Assembly (NCBI GenBank): GCA_002633005.1
Contig: NMRA01000203.1
Coordinates: 413,818 to 477,817 of the forward strand
Direction: 5' to 3'
From: Phoronis australis
Taxonomy: Eukaryota; Animalia; Phoronida
DNA: 64,000 nt
The notes below the pieces were generated by a model. The model made no database searches. It worked only from the letters and a program-made list of their open reading frames with translations, and was not told the origin of the DNA. The translations under genes were made by a program, and so were the position numbers. Shown here one piece after another: positions 1-13,400 of the stretch; positions within the stretch are counted from its first letter, which is position 1; each line of letters starts with the position of its first letter.

Positions 1-1124
1 CCCTCGGGGCTGACGCCCCTCGGGCGATAATTCTCCAAAATCCACTCGGGCTCTAGATAACGGGGGATAACGACTTCGCCATGTAATAATCTATATGTAT
101 GCGTATTGAGAGCTCTGTTAAATCCCCGAAATTTCCCACAGCCCGGGTGGTTCTGCTCGTCACCTCGTCGTGATCATTAGTTGCGACCGGTGCAGGCACA
201 TGCAAAATCTAGAAATCACCAACATGCAGGTTGCAGCAGCTTGAGTGAAAAACAATCTAATGAACGTCATTTCCTTGCCTAATTCTTTGCCGAAATTGTA
301 ACAAAGAAGTCTGTCGCGCTCATGACATGTGCACGCGCCATTTCCTAAAATTTTGCAAGATCTTTCGGAAGATGATGACAACTTCGCAGCAGCAAGATTT
401 GTTCTGAAATTCGGTTTGCTGGAATTAAAATACTAAAAACTGGTGGTAGAAGAGAAGAACAGCTGACTGAAGAATCGGGGAAAAAAGAACTGGCCAATGT
501 AAGCCGACCAAAAAGAACGCATCACAATTTTAGCAGCAGGATAACGACAGAGCATTTTTCCGAAGCGCCGATAAATAATTTAGTTTACTCAAGAAAGAGT
601 GTCGTTAATAACACTAATTCGATGAAGATTTTACATGTTCAGTTTTACCCACACCGGCGCCAAGCTGTATATTTAGTGTACAGCGTTGCTGCGCAAAGGC
701 TAGTTATGATGATGCTTCACCCAAGAACCAGAACGCACGTTTTTTTGTTTACTTGACTAAAACGTCAAATTGGAGAAAATGAATTTCATTTTGTTCTAAA
801 ACTTTCGCAGTGGGTAAAATTAAAATTATTTAGCTCAAAAGCGTGGAGCGTGGTTGGTTTGTGGTTAGATTTATTAATTTTAAATGTTGACCTTTCAAGT
901 GTTTATAAGTCACATACCGCAGCAGAGCCTGGTGAAGTAAAACTCAAAAGCGCCGCGTGTTAGAAATCGAAGTGTCCTGTAGCGCACAAAAGCTGATTTC
1001 GGTGGATTAATCGGCATAAGATCTGCTGATGCATACGTTTGTAGTCCCATTGTATGATCTGTGTAGGCCTTTCCTATCAATTGACCTGAAATAAATCTTA
1101 GCCTATTTGTCATGACGGTTTCAA

Positions 1125-1245
1125 TCCCCGGCGATCATGTCCAGTCTCCGGCGGTCCTGTTTTGTGGTGGGGCGGTCATGTTTTTAGGTGCGTCGGTCCC
1201 ATTTTCAGGTGCGGCGGTCCCATTTGATCCCCGTAGGTCCTCTTA
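1125..1245. repeat. Degenerate ~21-bp tandem repeat
   Basis: About 5-6 units resembling ggcggtcccattttcaggtgc. Confidence 0.6.
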
Positions 1246-1930
1246 TGTGACGAATCGNGTGGACAGACGGTCATGTTGTTTCTCACCTGTGATAATTTTT
1301 GGGATACGGGCTGATGCTACCGTTCACTGCGTAACATTACTATTGTGACATATCCTAAAAGGAAGATATGTGTTGATCCCATTGTTCAGCTAGGTTATCG
1401 TCAAATCTTGAAATGGGTTAGAATCAAATGCTATTCCTAAATGCAATAACACTCTATCGATTCTATTACAATACTTATTGTAAATAAGAAGTAATATAAA
1501 AAATGGCATGACTTTGCAGGACCTCATGATATTACAGAAACTCCTATATGGTAGATATATTGCCTGAGAACAAATTTTGTCAAAACGACACATCCCAATA
1601 GGTTGGTTGTATTTACATTGCAATTGTTTAATATGAAATAGAATAATATAAAAGATAAGCAATAAATATGATCACACAGTTCAAAACATACAAACAAACC
1701 TATAATAGGCAAAAGGAAATAACTCTGCATGAGAAAAAAAAACATGGCTGTACAATAGTTTATCAAAATTAATATAATATTGAGAATCTAGTGACAAAAT
1801 GAGACCTGTTAGCAAATAAACAACATTTATATGTGCTGCATATCAAAATACATAAATACCACAACTTCCATCTCACATAATGTTTAGGTTGTGAGCTTTC
1901 ATGTTAACAAAAGTATGTTCCACAAAATAC

Positions 1931-2305
1931 TTATTACTGGGGTAGAAACAGACCAGTACCACTGCGATAATAGGCAAAAAATATGCATATCTTTAATCAC
2001 AATTGTTTTGGACAAAATATGAATACGAACTTTAAAATCAGGTCATATGTAAACAACAACAAAATATTTATTATTGGGGTAGAAACACACCGGTACCATT
2101 GTGTTAATAGAAAAGTAAAATTATGCATACCTTTAATCACATCTGTTTTTGGCAAAATATGAGCACGAACTTTAAAATCAGCGCATATATATAAACAACC
2201 ACAACAACAAAATACATTACTTCAAACGTAGAAACAGACCAGTACCATTGTGATAATAGAAAAAAAAAATATGCATACCTTAAATCGCATTTGTTTTGGC
2301 CAAAA
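1931..2305. repeat. ~140-150-bp tandem repeat, about 2.6 copies
   Basis: gtagaaacagaccagtacca...atatgcatacctttaatcac recurs near 1941, 2079 and 2228. Confidence 0.8.
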
Positions 2306-2309
2306 CAGC

Positions 2310-2537
2310 AGGGCAATTTTTTCTCCGATGCTAGTTCTATCGATAGACTTACTAACTCTATCGATAGACATACTATCTGTAAGTCTATCGATAGATATAC
2401 TATCTGTAAGTCTATCGATAGAGATAGTAAGTCTAACGATAGAGATAGTAAGTCTATAGATTGAGTCAATAAATCTACCGACAGAGTTAGCAACGGAGAA
2501 AAAGAGTTGCCGGGCTGTCCTTTTACAGCCATCGTAC
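2310..2537. mobile_element. Small non-autonomous element: subterminal inverted repeats, internal ctatcgatag array, 3' hairpin
   Basis: tttttctccgatgcta (~2317-2332) is inverted to tagcaacggagaaaaa (~2488-2503); 21/27-bp units with the palindrome ctatcgatag lie between; hairpin ggctgt-cctttt-acagcc at ~2513-2530. Confidence 0.65.
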
Positions 2538-2689
2538 ATCCAACGTACGAATGTACACAGTTTCACGTTTTATTTTTAATTTTGCTTTCTGTAGTGTATC
2601 CGTTTACAATACACCGCATACAACGCTGAGATACATTTTAGTTAACGTTTGTTTCTTCAAACTGTGTTTACTGCTGACATTAGGTAGAC

Positions 2690-2860
2690 TAGAAAGTTGA
2701 GGTATCGGCCAAAACTGATTTAAAACGGACAATAGTACCGCACTGAACACCGAATGACACATGACAGGCAAATTGCTCTCTGGAATGGGTCCGGCAGAAA
2801 CCAAAAAGGACCCTCTCAAAAATGAGCTAGCTCGTACATTCGAGGTACCACAAAAATCCA
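2690..2860 (-). repeat. Inverted copy of the 4030-4870 repeat unit
   Basis: Reverse complement matches ~4715-4865 (gtggtac.tcgaatgta.gagctag...ctgccggacccattccagag...ccgttttaaatcagtttt). Confidence 0.8.
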
Positions 2861-2959
2861 ACATGTCAAGTTTTAAAACCGTTGTTGTTTTCTTGAAAAA
2901 ATCCAATTGTTTTTAAAAATCTTCTTTAATCAAAATAAACTAGAAATAGTCACCAAAAC

Positions 2960-3260
2960 GCTTTCAAACAGCCACCCAACAATTACAGTGACATCCGTGT
3001 CAAAGGCCGTGATCAATGCATTGCCATTTGAGTTGGCTTTAGTGGAAGATAAGAAGCGTGTCGACCTCTTCATGTGAACCTTAAGAGTCCGGTGGATGGT
3101 CAGCTGCCATGGTACCACTGTAAGAAAGGCCAATACAGTTGTCGTCATGTCAGACAACAAGTGTTTTCTCACCAAGAAATGGCCCATATAGGTCTTTCTG
3201 TCACTCTTGAAGGAGAAAGGTTGCCAAACTGTCATTAAAATGTCCCTTTCTGCATACCAG
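2960..3260 (-). mobile_element. Decayed XPG/PIN-type nuclease fragment of an AcademX-like DNA transposon
   Basis: Frameshifted HEEVDTLLIFH ... AFDTDVTVIV, matching the HEEADT...DTDV signature. Confidence 0.6.
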
Positions 3261-3469
3261 GACGTCTTCAACAAGGCATTTTTGAGTTTTAAATTTGTGT
3301 TACGTTGTTTTAGGAAAGAAGTTACATTTACCCTAAATGAAAAGATTAGGCCCTAAAACAGGTGTGTTTAAGTAACTTTGTTATTCTGTACTATTTACTT
3401 ATAACTACTGTTATGTCTAGTACTTGAAATAAAATTTTAAAAAATTAAAATTTACCTTGTAAAAGAACT

Positions 3470-3690
3470 CAAACCAGTACTTCCTGTTGCTGACGGCGTA
3501 CTGTGTATTTGCCAATTGTCCCGCTCTTTGCGGACTGTCCCACGTTTTTTAATTTTTCCGCCATTCCGCCACACCATCTAAATGTCTCACTTTTTGACGC
3601 ACGGCTAAATTGACACGCTGTCATATATAATTGTAATTTCCCTCGCGACATACCTATATTTTCCCGGGCGACTAAAGCGGAAAAACGGGC
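3470..3690 (-). repeat. Interspersed repeat; second copy in opposite orientation at ~40270-40475
   Basis: Shared sequence visible as near-identical spurious translations (RGKLQ...TFRWCG.MAEK...KYT.R...EVL). Confidence 0.7.
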
Positions 3691-4029
3691 CTCTTTACAG
3701 CTCAGTATGCAACAGTAGCTGCAGTCTTAATCACTTAATGGCTTGTTGCTTTTTGACAGTTAATGATATCCCAGAGTTTTTGCGTTATTTTCCAAAATAC
3801 TTACTTTTCGCCATCATCCATTTGGCACGCAGCTTTACACTATTGTTTTTGTTAAGCAAGGAGAGTTCAGTCGACGAGAGAGTATTATGGAAATAGAGAA
3901 ATCACTATTAACCGCAAACTAAGCAAGTGATCGCAACACCTTATAGGAATTCTTGATTCTACAAAACTCTATCAGGACTTAACCGGGATGTTCATGGTCT
4001 AATATAACGCACAGTTTCATCAGATTTAC

Positions 4030-4870
4030 GTGTTTGAGATTTCTGGGGCTGGCGCGCACAACCCAGAGTGGATTTTGTCTGTCACAGAGACCAACTACAG
4101 TGTACTAACCAGTAACCTCTATTTGAATCATATGGGAATGTTTATTGTGATACCCCAAATGTTTGAGCTAGTGGGCATCGTTTTTGAGTTTCGGGAGGAC
4201 CTTTTCCTAAGGGCAATTTGACTGTTGATTTTTTTAAAATTTGCCTAAAAGTCAGTTTTAGCCGCTACCGCGAATATCTAGTGTAGCTCTAACTTTCAAT
4301 GGCATACGATAGTTGAAACGTTTGGGGATTTGTGGCGGGCACAACTCAAAGTGTATTTTGCCTGTCATAGGATATTTAATGACCAGTGACACGCGTTCAT
4401 TCACATGGAATTGGCTTTATGTGGTATTTCGAATGTATGAGCTAGATCATTTTGGGGGTCCTTTTTGGGTTTTTGGCGGATCCTTTCCAGAGTGCAATTT
4501 GTCTGGCATGGGTCATTCGGTTTTCAGTGTGGTACTATTGTTCGTTTTAAATCAGTTTTAGGTGGTACCTCGAATATCTAATCTAGCTCAAATTTTCAAT
4601 GGCACACCAGGGTTGACATTTGGGGGGATGGGTTGTGGCGGGCACAACCCAGAGTGTATTTTGTCTGTCATGGGGCATTTAATGATTAGCGTCATGTATT
4701 GAATCATATGGAATTGTTTTTGTGGTACTTCGAATGTATGAGCTAGTTCATTTTGGGGGCAGTTTTTGGTTTCTGCCGGACCCATTCCAGAGTGCAGTTT
4801 GTCTGTCATGGGTCATTTGGTGTTCAGTGTGATACTGTTCTCCGTTTTAAATCAGTTTTTGCAGTGAATA
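4030..4870 (+). repeat. ~280-300-bp tandem repeat, about 3 copies
   Basis: cacaacccagagtgtattttgtctgtca-like motif recurs at ~4057, ~4339 and ~4643. Confidence 0.8.
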
Positions 4871-5248
4871 TCTAAACTCTCATTTTTGGCCCCCTTGTAA
4901 GGTCCATAGGTTTCATACCCACAGTGCTGACAATGACAAACGTCCATTTCCATACATACTGAGGTGGACTCTAATTGCTCCTATAGTCAGATGTTGGTAT
5001 TCGTTCACCTCTGCTAAGTGCTCTGGGCTGCCGGTCTGTAGAGTTCAATGTAGAAACCGAATGCATTCATAGGTAAAGAACGCCATGAATGAGATCGCGC
5101 GTGCGGTTCTTGAAGTACGAAGACAGGTTGAAATACATGTAGCATGTGATGGTGAATAGACCACAAAATAAAAATGTAACAATAAACAATTACATGAGTT
5201 CTAAAAACCCTGTTGCTTTTAGATTCTTACAAATAGCCCACGGGCGTC

Positions 5249-5254
5249 TTTATT
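5249..5254 (-). promoter_or_regulatory. Candidate polyadenylation signal of the globin
   Basis: AATAAA on the minus strand about 50 nt after the stop codon; no transcript support. Confidence 0.4.
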
Positions 5255-5304
5255 CGTTTCCTAAAAACGCCTTTACCGGAAATAACACAACAGAGTCAGT
5301 AGCT

Positions 5305-5424
5305 TCACTCCTTCATGTGTTTTGTGACGAACGCAAAGAGATTGTGGAAGTTTTCGTCCGTTTTTTCGTTGTATCTGTCTCCTAATAGAGCTTTCACGCT
5401 TTCAATAAACGAGAATTCCAAATC
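5305..5424 (-). CDS. Globin, coding exon 3 (G7 to stop)
   Basis: Acceptor ttgatttcAG at 5426-5425; DLEFSFIESVKALLGDRYNEKTDENFHNLFAFVTKHMKE* (LGDRY GH-corner motif); TGA at 5307-5305. Confidence 0.9.
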   Translation of the reverse strand, partial: DLEFSFIESVKALLGDRYNEKTDENFHNLFAFVTKHMKE

Positions 5425-6396
5425 CTGAAATCAACAGAAATAAATGTTTTGAAAACTTTCATATTTTTAAGAAAAATGTCCATGTTCTTCAAAGACCGTT
5501 GGGGAAAACAACGATTTTCCCCGTTTTCTTTGCAAGCAGAGTGTCCCAAAAATGCACTCAAACTTCAATACAACGTGGGAGCTCAGTTTCAGTTTCTTTG
5601 GAGAAGACTCCCGGACTCACCATAAGGGTTACAACTTGCTGTGAAAGTATAGGCGAACAAACTACTCAGTTTTAGAGAACTGAAATCCGTCGCACAATTC
5701 TACTAGAAACTCAAAAACTTCAAGGAAATAAAATGATATTATCTTCTTCCCATGTTAATAAAAACGCGTCACTATATTTCGCTTTAAAATCCCAGTTTGA
5801 TCACCACCTTAATAATATAAACCATTGACCATATTCCTAAGTGAATAAACAACGCAGTGTTTGTCATTTGACGTAAGAGTACACGGGAAACTTCGTAGGA
5901 ACAAAATACTGCTTACAGAATCAGTACTTTACATGTATGTATGAAGCGACTGCGCCGTTTTCTTCGCTTTTACTACGATATCGAACATGAGCTGCACACA
6001 GGCAATTGCACAAAAATCATGTAAACAATGACGTCAATCTATCAAACATCACAATGTCATTATTAAAAATGCTGCTGACATCCATCAGCCTAATTATAGT
6101 TGCTTGACAACCAAAATGCAAAGCTTTATGCAACCCAAGCCATATAAGCAATTACATTCATAGTTGTATTCAGATAGATCATGTGTGTCATTGTGATTAT
6201 CTTCACTATGATAGCTTTACCTTTTCGACACCAACTATTAATAATAAGCCAATTAAGTAGTTCCCGCTTAGGGGAACTTGAACATGTTGCATCATATATT
6301 ACTTTGCTACCTCAGTGAAATGCATGCTTTCAGAGGGCACTGCATTTCTAAATGACACATGTCGAATACATTTTAGTTTTAAATCAATTTCTTCAC

Positions 6397-6628
6397 CTGA
6401 TACATCTCATCCTTAAAGCCATCGCTCCTTTGTGCACTACCTGCCATCTTTAGCCTCGCAATGGCACCACTTAAATCTGTTTCCATGGTTTCCACGAAAT
6501 CATCAAAAATATTGAATACTCCCGTTGCCAGTGACTCAAAAGCCATGCTTTCTCGCATAGATTTTTCGTCTTTAAGGGTCTTAATATCATTCAGCATTTC
6601 TTGATATTCCGGATGGGATTTGAAAAAC
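6397..6628 (-). CDS. Globin, coding exon 2 (B12 to G6)
   Basis: Acceptor ttcgtacAG at 6630-6629; 232 nt; (M)FFKSHPEYQEMLNDIKTLKDEKSMRESMAFESLATGVFNIFDDFVETMETDLSGAIARLKMAGSAQRSDGFKDEMYQ; donor GTGAAG at 6396 (phase 0 = G7.0). Phase matches exon 1. Confidence 0.9.
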
Positions 6629-9600
6629 CTGTACGAACAAAACATAATCTTTAGTTTTAAGCAACATAATGGAAAACTTTTGTAATTGAACGATTCCTGC
6701 TCTAAAGTAACATCTTGTGTAGTGGTATTGTATGACAATAAATAAACTGTTACAGTAAAGGCAGAAATAGAGGAGGCTAGGGAGAGGGAAACATGTTTGA
6801 AATCAAATAAATGACACACTTTTTATAATCGCATGTGTTATTACGTACTGTAAGTCATTCCATTCCCCACTTGCAGAAATTTACGAGTAATCAATATACT
6901 GGCAAAACGTAGTTAAAATCTCCACTGAGCCATTCATCACCGGCGTAATATATGGCTATCAGCAGGAAGAGCTATCAGTTAATTGGAAAAATTACTGCAG
7001 ATGCTGTGATTAAATCTGAATTCCTTAGACTAATTAATCTTACACGTTTCATGTATAAATAAACCTGGAGTGGTGCGAGACCCCCTCCGTTTTACCTGTA
7101 AAAGTCCAAACGAGACCGCAGGTCGAGTTGGCACATTCCCAGATGAAACGCGCGCGTGTGTGTAAAATTGGTTGCATACACGACACTTGTTATTCCTTTC
7201 CAATCGTATCCCCGAAACAAAGTCCAACACTCAAGAGAACATTAGTAAAGCAACTGACCAAGAGACATGACTTAAAGACACACATACTTGTTTCATTATC
7301 AACTGGAAATAAAATGACGCAGTAATACCACCACAGAGCAACAGCTGGAGACTTGCACAGTGGGACACGGCAGGTGTGAAATACTGCGAAGAATTAAAAA
7401 TGAAGGGGGTAACAGGAAAGACACGCAAACAAGTGTAGCGTGTGGTACGACCCTGTTTGCTGCTCATTCCAAAACAGGCTTCTCGAATGCAATCAAAAGG
7501 GACTCCTAATACTTTCAATCGCAGCACACCGTGCTCTACATACCAAATTGACGTGTTTTCCGCAATTTCTTGACTGGTGATTTTACGTTAGTTACAGTTC
7601 AGAAAATGTTCTTGGATGGCACCATTTTGAAGATGCATAGATAGTCGACGGGAAAGACAGGAAACTGTTTTACCAATGTAACATTGCTTGGCATTTGAAC
7701 GAAGACATTCGTTCATAGGGCATAAACAACACCACACTGGGCAAGGGAGCGTACTTTAGCTTTAGAAATGTAATTTTTTGATGACGAAGTTGGAGGACTT
7801 CCTATTCCGATAATAAATACTGACTTCGAAGTAATCATCGGGCTCACAAACTTTTACATTATCCCTAATGATGCGTTTTACGGTCTATTTATAAAAACGG
7901 GAGTTCAATGCAATCTGCGACTATTTGTTGATGCACTACCAAATTCAACAAATTGTTGTGAGTGTTTATTTGGTTAACCATTTCAAATATATTGTTTTAC
8001 GAACAAATAGCTTTATATTCATGAATTTTTAACTGAAAATTAGCAAAAAAGGGTATCTTTTTAAGCTATGTAACTCGTAGAATACGCTTTACGTTCTCGG
8101 TAACATGCACGTCAAAAAATTGTTTAAGACTCGTTGCATCATATCAGCCGAATACCTCCGGAATTTTTTTCTTTCTTGTTCTCGAAATTAATAATAAGTG
8201 AACAAATTTAATTTTATTGGCAAATTACAAAAGACCTGATGCAACACTCCGGTTTTCTGAGCAGTTCCAGAATTACGCTTTTGTCGGTGAAGGCCGGCTC
8301 ACAGTGCATTTTGTATCAAAAGAGTTCACTAGCAAAATACATCATTGAGACCAACTTGTTACACAGAAACCATCAATAGCAAATTCATTCAATTCAAATT
8401 TTGCAGTCAGGTTTTGTTTAACAAACAACCTTTGAAAGCAACGTTATCAGTTTACGACCAAAAACGCAATGTCAGATTTTGTAATAGAATTCCTCAAATT
8501 GTTAACTTTTACCAGAGCTAAAAAGCAACGAAATTTGTTTTTTGTGTTTTTGTTGTAAATCGTCAGTCTTCACCATTGTTTGCTGGGCATTAGCTGAAAT
8601 CAAGGCAGGTGTCTACCATTTGAAAACAATACTGCGCTATCTAGGTCCTACCGTGTGGGACCTGAAAGTTCCAAAACACAAAGGGAAACTTGTCGCATGA
8701 TCTCTATTACGCCACAAAAACGTAGTAAATTACTCTTTCACTGCATTCGTTGATGGCGGACGAGATCAAACAAAAATACATTTCTCTGAACGTCATCAAT
8801 CGGGTCCCTGTACATGTTCAAGTCATTTTCATCCTCGTTGTAGGAATCGACCGATACCGAAGTAACTATTTCGTTTCATCCACATTCAATCAAAATGTCC
8901 TCCACCTAAGTCTCATAAGTCCCGTGTCAACGAGAGACGCTCAATCAGCTGACTCACTCATGGGCATTTGGAGGACAAAAGTCTCAGTTTTTTCAGCACA
9001 GCGTGTTTAAACTAGTTTTAAAATGCTAGGCAATTAATATTTTGGCTTATTGTGATATAATTTCATTTATCAGAGGCAACACATTATTTACAATCACTAG
9101 ACTAACAAGGAATACATGCAGTTTTCACCATTATGTAAATCATTACTATTCATTACTGTTGTCTAATTTAGTCTGTTTTATTATTCTTGACAGTGAACCC
9201 TGGGCTGTTGGAGCTTTACTTAAAAAGGTTTCATCAGTACTTTCACTTGGCAATTTTAGCTTATCGATTTGCATCTCATTCATAGATTTACTTTTCAAAC
9301 GTAAATGTTTCCGTGTTTAAAGTTGCACATTTTCATGTAATTTGTCAATAAGTTTTGTAAAAATAGCACAGGACCCTCAATCCCTCGAAACTGGGGCCGA
9401 ATATCGGCCTCATTTCCCTCTCAAAAATATTTAAAAATCACGCAAAACTCTCCTGATAAAGTAAAAAAGTCCCCTCTGAGCGATTAAAAATTCTCCTCAT
9501 GGCTTTAACCTCAGGCAACCTTAAAAGTGTCGTAATCAAACACAATGACTTTAAACACGTACCCGACCAGAAACGTCACAAACTGGTTTCCCTGTAAAGA

Positions 9601-10415
9601 AGGTGACGCAAAAATACAGGCGCAAGCACAATTTTCTGGGATTCACATTTCTTGAACATGAATTTTAAGCACCGACTGGTCTGTACAACAGACCATACTC
9701 TCTATCAGTCATGCGTAAAGCGCTACTTGTTGAGAATTCTACCAGCCAATCAGAAACGTCGGTGTAAAAAAGAATCCCGAGAAAAATTAAATGAAACCTG
9801 CGTGCTGGCTACCACCTAGCGGCATGCAGGGAACCAGCAAGAAAATGGAACATAAACAAAATCTACAAGAGAAAAATTGCGAAAAGACATGCGATGGAGC
9901 ATAGAAACACACAGAAACGTGTATTTTCACTGATGAACTTGTTGTGCACTCCTCTCCAGTCTCATGCAGACCACGTTTAAACAGCTAGCTCAACAGGATT
10001 AGAAACTCTGGTCAACAACAATGCCAGTGTCAGCTAAGAACAGTTAAGCATTGCCTTGTTCTTCTGTTGGCTGGCAGAAGGGTTGGTTGGTCAGATTTAA
10101 GGAAGTGTAACACTATACACTTTTTTAAAAAATGAAAAAGATTCTTTGGCTGAAACCCTTCATTGTGCCAGTAAAGTGGGTTCTGATGGTGATACAAGGT
10201 GGAGGGTGCCAAGAAGTGTTGTACAGTAAGTGTGTTCACTTGTGAGGTCGCTGTTATTGTTACTACAACAACCAGGTAGCGAATAAGCAGCGGTCAAGTA
10301 CGAAGCGTGAGAATAATGGCGATGGAAGCTTTTGCAGTGCAATAAATTGCACAAAGTCATCCACCAAAACACCAGAACTGTCATTTTTTTACATTTCCTA
10401 AGGTAAGGATTATTT

Positions 10416-13400
10416 GAGCAATTCCGTGAAAAGGTCAACCCAGAGACAAAAAAATAAAATTGCGTCTAAATTAACATTTTAGTGTCATCTGAAAGCACAG
10501 TCTCTCTAGTTTAAGGGCTCATATTTCAATTTCCTATAGCTTCGTTTTTTCCTAAACGGATCCATATTTGGGGGTCACTTGACCCTAAAAATTACCCATT
10601 TTATGTGTCTTGCTAATTATTGTCTTCAATAAACTAATTATGGGTATTTTTCTATATTATCAAATCTGTGCATTCACACGAAACCTAAACTTTCTAAAAA
10701 TATCATTTGACTTCGTTGACTTCCTTGGGTCAAAGGTCAATTCTTGGATATCATGGTGCCGCACGTCCTTCTCAAAAAGTGTTAAAAAATCTACTTACGT
10801 TAAAGGTTTTCAATCAAAATTAAAATGTCAGATTTACTTTGAACTTCTTCCTCAATACCTTTGACCAAAATTTTAGATCCCAGGGATTTTTAGTTGGAAT
10901 TGTGTGACAGACGTACGGCAAATTTGCAGGTCTGTCACGTACGTCCGTCACACCCATGAAATTTTTCAGTCATTAAAAATAACCTTAGGTCTTATTTTTA
11001 CTTTCCAAACTTGCAAAAGATGCAATTTGTCTCAAACCTAAGAAACTAAAATGATTAAATATTAAACAGTCATAAAATTAAGGTGCTTTGGTTTTAAACT
11101 AGATGCATTAGACTTTTTCAATTTCAAAAGTATTTGCTGAGAACTTATACTTTATGGTGTCATCTAATTATTCTTACGAGAATTCAACTTGTAAAAATTA
11201 GACAGTGAGACCACATTAAAGAATGTAAATAAAACAAAATGTTAATTTAATGAACGTATTGTTTTTATGTTAGTGTTTCATGTTTGTAAAGAAACCCTTA
11301 GTTTTTGGAACACTTTCTGAAGCAAGAGATATTCATATCAAAGATTTTCATGGATGCTCTGGAGTTTAAGTAACAAGAGAACGAAAAGAATACATGTCAA
11401 GTTGCTGTTCTGCTGGAATCATCATGCTATTTTCACTGTGACTCGTTATGCTGTTTTTTTAGTGAAAAACAGATGGCGGCATTCTTAAGTGGTAGCAAAC
11501 TGTGAGCTACTTTATTAAGCATCTTGTCACACTTTCAGTGACTATATAGTCGGTGGGCCAGATTTTGTAGGGCCTCTAGAAAATGGTTTTTGTGAGTACT
11601 TTAGGGGGGCAATTTTATTTTGGTGTTTTTTAGTTCATTTATTAGAGTGTTTTCAAAATCTAAAAAGTTCCCACATATAAAGTTGCACATTTTTGAGAAA
11701 TTTGAGTTTGAAGTTACCTAATAATCACCAAAGAGCTTAGTAAACTTATATTTGTAAAAACAACAGTTTTGGTGACTTTTTTGTAAAACAAGTAATATGG
11801 TCCCATCAGTGCCATTGTATTGAACAATATTACACTCACATTACATGTTTTACTATTGTAAATTAATTGTAAACAGTGAAATTTAAAAAACGTAAAGAGA
11901 CACCTAGTGGCAAAAATACAAACTAAGTCTGAATGTTTCTAGGAAGTTATTCTGGCATTGTCAGGCAACAAAAATAACACAAAACACTTGAGACTGGGCA
12001 AAATTTGTGCCTCAATGACTAAAACATTGACTAATGGTGTAAAATACAGCTTGTTTGCATAATACACCAGAAATATGTTATAGTACAAAAACAATATAGT
12101 TGAATGATCTCTGTGAATGTGCACAAAGACTGTATTAAAATAGATTATTCTGACAGCGTTTATTAAGCAGTATGAGACAAATACATGACAATGATCAAAG
12201 TATGTACTTTCTATGACTTAATCAACAAATAAAATTAACTTTTTAATACAAAAAAGGAAATAACGGGGTTGGAGGTCTATTTAGGGTTGGCCTGTCAAAG
12301 AACTATCCAATGTTATGCAGTCAGTGTTGCTGATGTTACTACAGTTGTCACAGCTGCACATTTCTGTACAGTTTGACCCAGCATTGCAGCACAAACTCAG
12401 TTTCCCAGCACACATGTTCTTTTTGCACTTGCAGCGTTCATCGTTTAGTACTGTCAATGGAGATGCGGTCATTGCCATACATATTAACTGCAAAGCTCCA
12501 CCGCCAAGGAGCCAACTATGGTCGATTAGAGAGGGTACAGCACTGCACACTGGTGATTAGCCCGCAGGCAATGAAGGGTCAAACACTAAGTCCTTGTTTG
12601 GAGGCGGGCACTATTTGGGCAAACGTTTGATTCAAAATATGTTACAATGGGCTGTGTTAATTAGAGTCAGCAAGTGAATTATTGAACACTAGCCTCAATT
12701 CACTTTCGTATCTCTTAGTCAGGCACAAACTACAACAGTGAGTAGCTTCAACAATATTTCTTAAGATTGCCTGTCCAAATAACTTCATGCACACCAGCTT
12801 TCTGAAGAACAGCTTCAAAGTCTTGCTTTATTTTTGAAAGGCAAATGACATCTCCATGTGCTAGAAGCTTTGATTCAATGAACTCCAAACAAAACTGTAG
12901 AAAAACATCTCTGAAAACTGGGGATTCGTCACTCTCCACAATCTTTGTCTTTCTCTTTTTTACAGCATGATGATCTGTGGTACTTGGCTTCTAAGACACA
13001 AGGTCTTTATCTTTGAATTTCATTTGCATATTCAGGGCTCTGGACTGAGCTGTTGCTTGCGATACAAGTCCAACTGAAAAAAACCCGAACTGTTAACACT
13101 AATTTAACATTCAACTATGAGTGAGTTGGCATGCAACTTTTTCAGACGGACGTATCAGGAGCTGATCCACCACCAGCCTAACAAATTTACATGCCGTTTG
13201 ATCTGTAGCCTAATAATGTTGATCGTCTAATAATTAGATCAGTAGATGCAGCTGAAAATAAATCAGCTGATATACCTGTGCAGTGATTGAAATTTAATTT
13301 TTTTTAAATCAGATGCTCAAACCATAGTCAATCGATTTACACTTAAGGTAATCGACGTTTGACGAAATGGACAGTGGCTTCCATCGTCCTCAAATTTCGA

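Noticed and set aside
2137-2566. Overlapping ORFs with LSID/SIDR repeats
   Set aside because: Translations of the ctatcgatag tandem array, open on both strands.
6629-6819. N-terminal part of the predicted 146-aa ORF 6379..6819
   Set aside because: Intronic read-through upstream of the AG acceptor at 6630-6629; the true N-terminus is exon 1 at 21864.
9563-9591. 29-nt exon-like segment in globin intron 1 (tctttacAG|GNQFVTFLV-GG|GTACGT) that would join exon 2 in frame
   Set aside because: It would have to start in phase 0, while exon 1 ends in phase 2, so inclusion would frameshift; exon 1 already supplies the B helix. Only RNA-seq could rescue it as part of an alternative isoform.
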